Assembly (NCBI RefSeq): GCF_006345805.1
Contig: NC_043004.1
Span: 22,196,001 to 22,260,000, forward strand
Reading direction: 5' to 3'
Source of the DNA: Octopus sinensis
Lineage: Eukaryota
Length of the DNA stretch: 64,000 nucleotides
The notes below the pieces were generated by a model. It was not told where the DNA came from and did no database searches. It saw nothing but the letters and a program-made list of their open reading frames with translations. Shown piece after piece: positions 53,878 through 64,000 of this stretch. Positions within the stretch are counted from its first letter, which is position 1; each line of letters begins with the position of its first letter. A program made the translations under genes and the position numbers.

Positions 53878-56547
53878 ATATGCGTGTATATATATATATT
53901 TAATATATGTAGGTATATACTGTGTATGTGTGCGCGTGCATCTCTACTATAATTCAGTGCTTAACTGGAAGCAAGACGTTAGGTATATTAGGCTGGTTGG
54001 AGTACGAAGCTATCAACAGGCCAGAGGGATGTAAGAGCAATGTAGTGGTGTCAAACAACGAAACATATTTGTGAGAAAAGAACACGAATGATTCTACACA
54101 TTATTTTCGTGTACTAAATTACTTTCTTAGGTGTGTAGGAAAGGGTAGAGCCCATGTCTTTCGTAGGCCCTACTTATAAATGAAGATGATTCTACTAACG
54201 GCACAAAATCAACATTTGCATGTAGACGATTCTAGGAAGAACATGGTCCAGGATGCAATCCCAAATTTCTCAATTTCTGTAAAGAAAGGACTGGGTCTGT
54301 TAGGTAGTGAGAAACCTGATATGGGATGCGATATAACAAATTAGCATGACAGATATGAATGAGTCGAGAATGTGTGAGGGTAGTAGAAACAAATCCAGCC
54401 ATCTTCGAGGAGTAGGAATCGGAGCACTCGCAACATGCACACTTATACAAACACTCGTACATAGATTATTTGTTTGCCGATCCAAATAATACTTTCACTT
54501 AATATTTTGCACACAATATTTTAGAAAGTGGTGTTAACAATGTAAGTTAATCTGGTAATTAGTTTTTACAAGCGCTCAAACTCATAATTAACTATCTATC
54601 TATTTATCTGTCTATCTCTCTGTCTTGCTGTATATATACAATAACCCAACCACCCACGCACGCACATACATACATACATACAAACATACATACAAACATA
54701 CATACATACAAACATACATACACACATGCATACATACATATATATATATATATACCTACGAACATTACCTCTATTATTTTCGGGATTTTGATCAGATAGA
54801 TTAACGATGGCGTCAAATGATGTTGAATCTATATAACATAGTCGAATTTAGAAATCAATTGCTTAAGAAAAAGTATTTAGTAGCTTAGTACACATAAATA
54901 TATATACACCAATAACAATTTAAATGAGCAAAATGAAGAAAACGAAGCTTTATTTTACTGCAGATGTAGACTTAATGGCTCATTCTAGGATTACATATTG
55001 CCGAACGTCTCCTACTTATTCCTCTTCTCTGTGTTTCTCTTTTTCTATCATCTTTTCTCTCTTTATCACTCACTCGACTACTCTACCCCCTTCCCCCTCT
55101 TTCCCCCTTTTCTGAGTTTTAACGAGGAAATAATGTTTTTATTTCCCTAACTGCTAGCCTTTTCAACTCCTTGATAAGAAATAAAAACATCACTGGTCGC
55201 CATTTATCTGAAAATGAAGAGAACAATTTCTTTGTGAACGGAAATTGCACAAACAATTTGCAAGAAACAACAACAACAATAATAATAATAGTAATAATAA
55301 TAAATATGATGATGCTGGTGGTGATGATGATGATGATAATAACAACAACAATAATAATAATAATAATCATAAATAATTTCTAAATGAGTCTTGAAACTAT
55401 TATCAGCTTTTTTTCTGAAACACACACAAAAAAAGATTAAGCCCGGACATAAATACATCCATAATAAATGATAAATAAATATATATTAATTTTGGTCTGT
55501 TAGTCTTATACAGCCACTGTAGGAAAATGCCATAATACAGGGAGTTCAAACAGGCTGTCCAATCAAATTGTTAACACTAAACAGGCAAAGAACATCAACG
55601 TCCAAAGGATGAAAAAATTAGAAAAGTGGGAAAATTATGGCTATATTGATGTATAACGTGTATTCTGTGCAGTAGCACGACAGCCAATATATGTAATCTT
55701 CGTAAAAGTAACATATGATGTATGAAAGAAAATAATAAACTAGAAAGAGCTTGATGATTTATTCTTTGTGAGGTTAAAGTGATCAAAATTGAAATAGGCG
55801 AAGTTATGGAATGGATACACACAAAGAAAATGAAAAACATCTAGCTACGCAAAACAGTGAGCCACAAACGAACAAATATAGCACAATAGAACCTATATTT
55901 CACGAGACACTAAAAAGGACACGGATACAACGGAGGCAATGAAATATAGTAAGTGAGCATTGAAATCTAAAAGACGTTCCTGCATAGCTGTCAACAAAGA
56001 AAAAGAAATAACAGGAGAAAAAGAAAAAGAAGTACATAAATTAAGAGAGAACATACAGACACATAACCAAATACATAGATATCAAAAATATTTTCTTCGT
56101 CCACAGCTTTCAACAAATAAATTAGAAACATAGACTTCCACAAATCCATTGGAATAGAGGAATCTGACTGAAAATATTAAAAGAGAATGAATTACGATGG
56201 AATAAACAGCTGTGTGAATTAAAACATACAAATATCAGAGCCCTCTGAGGATTTACAGTCTTGGCTTATGAATAAGAGAGACTGGACTATTTGTTCCACT
56301 CAGCAGTGTTATCATGAGATTCCGGGCTTGACTCTAGCAGTATTGAATCCTCGGCCAAATCAAACCCGCCAAAATAGAAATAAATATTAAACAAAGTTTA
56401 AAAAAAAACAAAGGGATGTCTATCAATTGTCTGTGAGCTACGAAAAGACAGATCCAACACGAATATGAACAAAATACCATAAAAACGGTAAATAATATAA
56501 CTTAAAGAAAATTAAGTTAACTTGGCAGAAAAAGAAAACTTCAAGCA

Positions 56548-56622
<75 letters not shown>

Positions 56623-56633
56623 ATATCTATCTA

Positions 56634-56706
<73 letters not shown>
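56548..56706. repeat. (CTAT)n followed by (GT)n microsatellite
   Basis: Read directly from the sequence. Confidence 0.96.
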
Positions 56707-56707
<1 letters not shown>

Positions 56708-56779
56708 ATGTTGGACTCTCCCTTCGAAGATGGTGTATGGGTATTCAGAATTTCCCAAACAACATGCGAAAATGATTTG

Positions 56780-56990
56780 TTTATAGTGCTGTACATTAGC
56801 TCACTCTCTCCATCAGATCGACGTTGGACTGGTGCACGGGGAGCTATGCGTCAGGTGCCGAAGTGATCGCAGAGCAACATGGGATGAAGTTTTTTGATAA
56901 AGAACACAACGTTCCACCCTCTGTAGGAAATGAAATCACGTTCGCTAGCTCATAAGTTCAACATCTAACCCATAAGGCCATACAGCCTCA
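56780..56990 (-). mobile_element. tRNA-derived SINE, third family
   Basis: gcgtcaggtgccgaagtgatcgcagagcaacatgggatgaagtttt...aagaacacaac...aacatctaacccataaggcca. Related copies at 22300-22470 and 62340-62475. Confidence 0.68.
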
Positions 56991-57204
56991 CGGACACACA
57001 CACTCACACACACATATAGACAGACAGACAAACAGATATAAACACATGAATGCATACATTCATACATATACACATATATACATACATAAATAGATACAAA
57101 AATACCCTGTTGATGTTGAAATTCTAATGAAGGAGCCTTGAACTTAGGTTAGAAACCGGTTCTTTCTCTGTTTGCAAGAAATCTTGAAATAAAACTGAAT
57201 AATG

Positions 57205-57292
57205 ACATACATACATGCATACATACATACATACATACATACATACATACATACATACATACATACATACATACATACATACATACATACAT
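57205..57292. repeat. (CATA)n microsatellite
   Basis: Read directly from the sequence. Confidence 0.97.
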
Positions 57293-57854
57293 AGGCACGC
57301 CTACACAGAGAAATAGTTCACAATGAGATTGAAGCATTCATCGTGTGAAACGGAGGTCTGAAAGAGATAAAATTGTGCGTTTTAATTATAAAAGTAAAAG
57401 AATCGGAGATATCTTTTTCTGTCATTGATTAACTTCAAAAAATATATCGGCTGCACTTTTCTTTCTCTCTTGCTTCCCGATATATTTTGTCAATAATATA
57501 TAGAAATGATTAACTTTGACTTAGCTGACATTCTTAATTTCAAGATAAAAATACATCTTCTGAGATTTCCTCTGTTAAATAGATCCATTACTTGGTCACA
57601 TTAGATTAAACTATATTTGATGTTTGATAAAATCGTTGCATTGGTATTATTGCAATTATAGCGGTGTGATTATACTGCTTTTTTGATTTCGTTTGTAAAT
57701 TTCCTATTCGCAGAGGACTTCTTTGTTTACACTGGGATAAGTTTGTGCATCCATAGTTTGAGTCTAGGCATATAGATAAGTCTTCAAATATAGGCATACA
57801 CACAATGTCAAATATTTACATATCTTTAATATATAGATATTATACCAATGACCA

Positions 57855-57906
<52 letters not shown>

Positions 57907-58196
57907 TAGATGCTTTCGTACATTAATATATACATTCATACATGGAGACATACACACACGCATACAAACGCACACAAAGACACGCATCTACGAACACGCA
58001 CGCGCGCACACACACACATATATGTAAAATTACCCTGTTGTTATCGTTTAAATTCCAGAGAAATAGCGTTCTTTTTGGGCCAAAGAGACCTCCATTTATG
58101 AGAAATTTGAAAAGGGAAGCTAAGAATAACGGAGATGTACTTGCATAGCAAGTGACCTGAACTGAGATCGTGTGCTGCAACATTAGTTTATAAAAA

Positions 58197-58295
58197 TTTT
58201 GCCGTCGCTTTGAGACCGCGACCTGTTCACTGACAAAATTCTGTGCAGCACGGAATTTAGTTAGTGAACAAGTTTCATGCTCAAAGCGACGAAAA
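58197..58295. other. 99-nt hairpin-forming sequence
   Basis: cgtcgctttgag (58203-58214) pairs with ctcaaagcgacg (58280-58291). tgttcactgac pairs with gttagtgaaca. aaattctgtg pairs with cacggaattt around a 3-nt loop (58246-58248). Confidence 0.88.
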
Positions 58296-59289
58296 TATGT
58301 TGACAAATTAAATTTAAATGAAGTGAATCTAACGGTCTTTGTGTGTTTTTTAAATGGCTGCAAACTAGGAATATATATATACATACACACACATATATGT
58401 AAATTTGTGTATGAGTATGTGTGTGGGCACGTGCGACTCCCACATATACACGTATGTGCTTGTATGTTTATGTACATTTAATATCTTTCTCTCACTGTTG
58501 TTGGAACAGTTCCTGTATAATAACATAATTCCACTAAAACTGCCCCTGTTATCATTATTCCTCGTGAATAGCTTTGTTGTTTCGCATTACATCGCCATTT
58601 AACATTTTCATTCAACGTTATTTTATTTTGTTATCTAATTCAATGCCACTCTTTTGAGTTATCGAAATATTTACTTTTTCATCACTGAGAATATTGTGTT
58701 CCATGTATCTTACAAGCGATAATATTGCTACTGATAATTAACATGACAAACAGAATGCACTGGCTATTGCCGCTTGACGTTAGCTATACCTATTCGAGAT
58801 TGATTATCTGAATTATTCATGTTTCTTTATCCTTTTATACCACATGGACCAGTGAGTTTCAATACAGAAAACGAAATCCCTTTCTCGATATTTTAGCTAA
58901 ATTTACATATGCAAATAACTTTTGATTTGCTAGAATTAGGTTGGTAGGACTTAAAACAATAATTGGAGCATTTCAATTGGGTTAACTGATGCAGCCGTCG
59001 TTACATATGTTAATAGATGTTGTAGTAACTGTAGAAGTACATAGATATTGGCAGCAACTATGAACTAATGTACACGATAGTTTCAGTGTTTGGCTAATAG
59101 ATAGGGAATTTCCTACAACGTTTGGAAGAAGGGATAATCTATTTTATAATGAATGCATTGCAAAAATCCCAGTTGTGACTGTAGTGTTTGCAATGAAAAT
59201 AGCGATTGGGGAGTTATCATTTAATAGAAACCAAATAACGGGGAACATTAGAATCAATAAATAATTATTTGAAATATAAAGCTATGAGT

Positions 59290-59640
59290 TCTTGTTTAAC
59301 CATGGCAAACTTAATCGAGCAGTTCAACTGCATTCCAGACATCAACAACCATTTCATGGTTATGTAGGACAACGTCAGCTAATTTGTATCTTCCATGTGA
59401 TGGAGATTCTCCTGCTATTTCCATGTCGTCAGGCAACAGCGTATATTTCTCTTTCAAGGTCTGTAGAAGAAAACAACTGCAGGTTATATATATATGTATA
59501 TATGTATATATATGTATACAAGGCTGAATGACTGAGTGCAAATTGATGGCAGATATTCCTTGGATGTCCATATAGCAGGAGATTTAGGAAGTTCATAGCT
59601 TTTCCACAAGAACAAGTGATTAAATGAAGCAAGTGTATCT
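59290..59640 (+). mobile_element. Possible ancient PLE reverse-transcriptase relic split by a (TA)n insert
   Basis: NLIEQFNCIPDINNHFMV.DNVS.F, SGNSVYFSFK and VQIDG..LGCP-like pieces weakly resemble PLE RT motifs (SFDV.SLFT, N.YF.F, QIDG..MGSP). Multiple frameshifts are needed. Confidence 0.3.
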
Positions 59641-59819
59641 AACACAGAAGTATATATATCGTCAAACTTTCAAATCGGTTTCCAAGAAATTTGTTTCTTC
59701 ATATCTTGGTCACCATAATACACGTTCTTAGTAATAGCTTGACATTCATTATTTTCCATCATTAATAAGGTACCCCCAAAAGGGACTCATATTCACGTAC
59801 GCTCGTCTATGTACGTATG

Positions 59820-59822
59820 CGT

Positions 59823-59892
<70 letters not shown>

Positions 59893-60013
59893 GTATAAAT
59901 GCATATATATATAAGTATAAATGCATATATATATATATTTAAGTATAAATGCATATATATATATATATACATATATATGCATTTATACTTATATATATAT
60001 ACATATATATACG

Positions 60014-60100
<87 letters not shown>
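59820..60100. repeat. Compound (TA)n/(TG)n/(CA)n microsatellite with repeated ataaatgcatatata unit
   Basis: Read directly from the sequence. Confidence 0.95.
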
Positions 60101-60102
<2 letters not shown>

Positions 60103-60387
60103 ATAAGTGTAGGTCGTATACGAGTGGGTATATATTTATAAAAAAGAAGTTTGAAAACGCCTCTATATAAGATAAATTTTTATTTTCATAGAAATTTTAC
60201 GTTTCGGTTCTTCTTGAAAAAACCAACCTTATCAAAAATATTTTAAAAAGTTAAATATTTAAAAAAGTTCATAATAATTTCTTACTGGTCTCAATAGAAT
60301 CCACGTGGTGGTTTTTTGTGGGGAGTAAGCATAATAGTTGTCTTATGTATTCGAATAGAACTAAGGTAATGGTCAGTGGCTGAAAAG

Positions 60388-60625
60388 GCAGTAGCAGCAG
60401 TGACTGTTGGTCGTAGTAGTAGTAACCGTGGTGGTGGTGGTGGTGGTGGTAGTTGGGGTTGCAGCTGCTGATTGGTTGGAGCAGTCGTAGTAGCAGCTTA
60501 GCTGTGGCAGTAGCAACAGCAGCAGTGGAAGACTGTTGATCGTAGTAGTAATAGTAGTGACCACGGTGGTTGTAGTAGTAGTAATAGCAGCAGCAGTAGT
60601 AGTGAACGTGGTGGTAGTGGTAGAA
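60388..60625. repeat. Compound trinucleotide array (GTA/GTG/GCA)n with an internal duplication, just 3' of the PLE ORF
   Basis: gcagcagtg(gaa)gactgttg.tcgtagtagta occurs twice. A related (CTA/CCA)-rich tract follows the plus-strand copy at ~37430-37490. Confidence 0.9.
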
Positions 60626-60660
60626 TTCCATTTTTCTTTTCGAAAGACCAATGTATTGCT

Positions 60661-62280
60661 TTACTGTTCCTGGCCCAGGGTGTTCAAACTTGGTCCGAAT
60701 TTTCTAATAAAATAAAGTTCTTTATTTTGGCGTTGAGTGAAGGTTACGCTGTCACTGAATTTGTAAAGTGGGAAGGTTGTGAATTAGGGATTTTTATGTG
60801 AAGCACATCTATCTATGTGTCCGCTGACTGGTATTTTCCTGTATTCAGGATTCTTAATGTGGGATTTATGCACCGCCATCCTTTTTCGTAGGCTGTTTTT
60901 TGTATGGCCTATATACTGCCTATTGCACCCTGCGCATGTTAACACGTAAATTAAGTTTTCTGATGCACAGGTGAAGTTTGTTCTGATGGTAAACTGATGG
61001 CCTTGTTCTAATGTGAATTCTGAACCTTCTACCAAGATGACACAAATTCCGCAGTTAGTCTTTCCACATTTTCTAACTGCTGATTTTGTGGTTGTTGTTG
61101 AGTGCGGTTTAGCTTGGATTAAAATCTTTTTTAAGGATTTTGGTTGCCGTTTACTTTTAATGATGGTGTGTGTTTGGAGGATTAGGTTCATCTTTGGGTC
61201 TCCCTTGAGTAGGGATGTGCTTTTTAGTATGGTGTTGGAGGCCTCATTGTTAAGTGGGTTGTATGTAGAGATGTAGGGTAGGGTTTTTAATCTTTCTTTC
61301 TTTTTTGGTTTTGCTTGTCTCAGGTCTTCTATACTTAATTTAAGTGCTCGTTGGATTGCACTGTCTATTAGGGGCTGTGGATAATTTCTATTTATGAGTG
61401 TAGTTCTGAATTCCTGGAGATGTGTGTGTTGGGTGTTTGTGTCTGATATTATGGTGCAAATCCTTCTGGCTAAACAGAAAGGGACATTTATTCTAGTGTG
61501 TCTTGGATGGCATGAATCAAAGGGTAGGTACTGCTTGGAGTCTGTCGGTTTATAATAGATATCTGTCTCTATTTTGTTGCCGACTTTCTTAATGAGGATG
61601 TCTAAAAATAGCAATTTTTCTTCGTTATCATCTATCGTGAACTGAATATTTTCATTTATTCCATTTCATAGTATTTTAAATTCCTCAAGTTTTTCTATAC
61701 TTTCATCCCAGATGATGAAGCAGTCATCGAGATATCTTTTCCAATTGTTCTGGATATAGGTGGAGAAAGTGCTTCCATATTTCTCGAGTGTTTTTTGGTA
61801 GAGTATTATCTCGAGGTATCCCATCACTAGGTTGGCAAAATAAGGCGCAGTACGCGTTCTCATCGCTGTTCCCGATCTTTGTCTGTAGTAATTATTATCA
61901 AAAATAAAGTAATTGTTTTCTAAAATAAATCTAAGTTCTTCTATTATGAGTTCTTTATTTATGCGAGTTGGAAGTTCAAAGGAGTAGTTGTTTAGCCAGA
62001 AAGTGATCGCTTCTATTCCTAGGGTGTGAGGGATGTTTGAATAAAGGTTAATTACGTCGAAGGATACTAGTAGGGTTTTCTCATTGACTGTTTTAGGGGG
62101 GTAGTTAAGCATGTCTATATCGTCTCTTACGTAGCATTTGATGTGCTTTAGAAAAGGTTTAAGAAGTGTGTCTAAGAGGTTGCTGAGGCAGTGAGTCTCA
62201 CATGCTGGGCCTGCTAAGTTTAAGATCATTTGGTGAAGGGATTTTGATGAGCATGTCGGTAGATGTTTTGCATCAATACT
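60661..62280 (-). mobile_element. Penelope-like retroelement, 5'-truncated RT + GIY-YIG ORF in one frame with two nonsense codons
   Basis: AGPACETH, LVSFDVINLYSNIP, RQRSGTAMRTR.AP..ANL.M, WKRYLDDCF, LLFLDILI, YYKPTD..QYL.FDSCHP and CASENLIYVLTCAGCNRQYIGHT. Stops at 61666-61668 and 60784-60786 are in frame. Read-through continues FTTFPLYKF...ELYFIRKFGPSLN to TAA at 60661-60663. Confidence 0.94.
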
Positions 62281-62339
62281 GAAACATTACTTACACTATG
62301 GAAAGAAGAATGTGAAAAAGAGGAAATGTCGGTCCGTTC

Positions 62340-62475
62340 CTAGATTACTCATATTTACCCACCGGATGGTCTGTAGCAACATGAAAGGAAATGTTTTACT
62401 GAAAAACACAACGCATTGCCCGGTTCGGGAAGCAACAATCTTATTATCAGAAGTGCAACTGCCAAACTACTTACG
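62340..62475 (-). mobile_element. Diverged SINE (family of 56780-56990)
   Basis: gtagcaacatgaaaggaaatgttttactgaaaaacacaacgcattgcccggttcgggaagcaac matches the 56870-56930 segment. Confidence 0.6.
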
Positions 62476-63221
62476 CACGCACCTACACACACACATACAC
62501 ATACACGCGCGCGCGCGCATACGTGTTTGCGTGTGTCTGCATGTATGTAATATTGCTCTTATAGTTTTCACCTTTAAATGTTTGGGCTTCACCTTTTCTC
62601 AAGAGACCTTATACTCAGCACTAGCTTATTATTTCCTACTGCGTTTATTTGATTAGCATTTGTAATAATAATGATGTTTGTTAATTACTTCCATTAATTT
62701 TAGCGTATTTAAGAAGTAATGATAAAGTATGTGTCCATTAGGGAAGCAGGAACTAGCAGGTAATTAATTTTCCATCTAATTTAGCTTAGGTAAGAATGGG
62801 TATATGATAGAATGTATTGGCGTCCTGAGGGATCTACTTAAAATGTGGTAGCCATTAGCATAAACAAAGATTAAGTATATATGTTTTAATAGTGTCATTA
62901 ATAGACACGAAGATTGTAACAATGTCAGTATTATCAGCCATTTGAAATAGCGCCCACATAGGAAATAAGGTAATGTAATAGCAAATGTGCCCACAGTTTC
63001 CATGTTTTATGACAACACAGGAAGGCTAATCACCGCAACTGTGAAATAATGGAAAGTCGATAATTTTCAAAGCTGGCATATTACGAATATTTCACAAAGC
63101 TAAGTACATTTTCACCGAGCTGGATTATTTCGAAAAGTGGTATTAAGCTGTTGAATGTCAGCTGACGAAGAACCTTAAAAAGTGTGGTGTAGAGGATAGA
63201 AATCATCGTCTATTTGGTTGA

Positions 63222-63630
63222 TTACTCTCTTTTTACTCTTTTACTTGTTTCAGTGATGTGACTGTGGCCATGCTGGAGCACCGCCTATAGTCGAGCAAAT
63301 CAACCCCAGGACTTATTCTTTGTAAACCCAGTACTTATTCTGTCGGTCTCTTTTGCCGAACCGCTAAGTTACGGGGACGTAAACACACCAGCATCGGTTG
63401 TCAAGTGATGGTGGGGATACAAACAGACACACAAACACACACACACATAAAAATATATACATATATACGACGGGCTTCTTTCAGTTTCCATCAACCAAAT
63501 CCACTCAAAAGGCTTTGGTAGGCCCGCGGCTATAGTAGAAGAAACTTGCCCAAGGTGCCACGCAGTGGGACTGAACCCGGAACCATATGGTTCGTAAACA
63601 AGCTACTTACCACACAGCCACTCCTGCGCC
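63222..63630 (-). mobile_element. Young full-length tRNA-derived CORE-like SINE (octopus OK/OR-type) with internal (TG)/(TA) tract and (GAGTAAAA)n tail
   Basis: Minus-strand head ggcgcaggagTGGCTGTGTGGtaag...GGTTCAGTCCCactgc (A and B boxes). CORE-like ggcaccttgggcaagt. 3' ggcggtgctccagcatggccacagtcacatcactgaaacaagtaaaagagtaaaaag. The family name is from recall. Confidence 0.92.
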
Positions 63631-63640
63631 TTTATATGTG

Positions 63641-63716
63641 ACGCTTACAGCACCTAGGTTTCCCAAGCGGTCACCCGTCTATGTACTAACTAGGTTCGAC
63701 GTTTACTTTATATTCC
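63641..63716 (-). pseudogene. 5S rRNA-derived fragment (3' ~75 nt, including internal promoter box C region)
   Basis: 63641-63700 aligns ungapped at 46/60 with the reverse complement of the vertebrate 5S 3' half as I recall it (AAGCCTACAGCACCCGGTATTCCCAGGCGGTCTCCCATCCAAGTACTAACCAGGCCCGAC). The 5' part of 5S is not recognisable. Confidence 0.8.
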
Positions 63717-64000
63717 ACGTAGCAAACTGAGTCGCATTTCTCTTACAGATACTGATACAATGTGAATAGGTTTGTGAAAAATAATATTCGTGGGAGCAAG
63801 ACATTTTTATACCCCTTAGCTTCGACACATAGTACTGATCATGTTGCAGAGGCATTGTTGTGACATGCATTGTGTGTTTTTAGACCTAAGAATCTCATCC
63901 TCACTAGATCAACTATTGCAGATTTCTTCCCTAATCGAAAGAACAGAAGATGAAGAAAGAAGTGGCACTTTATTTATCGATCCCGAAAGATGTATAATAG

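Noticed and set aside
54220-54470. Higher-complexity segment with short ORFs on both strands and splice-like sites
   Set aside because: The implied minus-strand intron would be only 39 nt, and no frame gives a recognisable protein. It is possibly an unrecognised decayed element.
59311-59632. Two minus-strand 'exons' joined in frame across a 59-nt GT-AG gap (DTLASFNHLFLWKSYELPK...TLKEKYTLLPDDMEIAGE...VELLD*)
   Set aside because: The donor (CTT|gtatac) is poor and lies in a TA microsatellite. The plus strand is better explained as an old PLE RT relic. I recognise no homologue.
60269-60651. Poly-Thr/His/Tyr ORFs resembling mucin or His-rich proteins (also 55119-55458)
   Set aside because: They are translations of compound trinucleotide repeats.
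63560-63630. tRNA-like A/B boxes considered as a tRNA gene (also other SINE heads)
   Set aside because: No complete cloverleaf can be formed, and each continues into a SINE body and tail.

Overview
Eukaryotic, very AT-rich, microsatellite-dense intronic or intergenic DNA. The SINE families and repeat landscape look like an octopus (coleoid cephalopod) genome; this is an inference from recalled repeat families, not a database result. No complete protein-coding gene, intact RNA gene, CRISPR array or prokaryotic system is visible. Almost every long ORF is either a decayed transposon ORF or a translation artefact of (TA)n, (CA)n or (TACA)n arrays. Mobile elements: two CR1/L2-group LINEs (1-2627, 40800-43720), about six Penelope-like (PLE, RT + GIY-YIG) fragments (the best preserved at 60661-62280), an R4/Dong-type LINE fragment, a Ty3/Gypsy gag fragment nested in a mariner, several Tc1/mariner relics (one full length with TIRs), and many tRNA-derived SINEs. 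Points of most interest: a 3' tail and stem-loop shared by a LINE and a SINE, a 5S rRNA-derived segment abutting a tRNA-SINE head, three fold-back or hairpin structures, a PLE with an apparent 5' inversion, and an orphan candidate exon encoding a signal-peptide/TM-like stretch at 32609-32711. I could not identify the host gene, if there is one.
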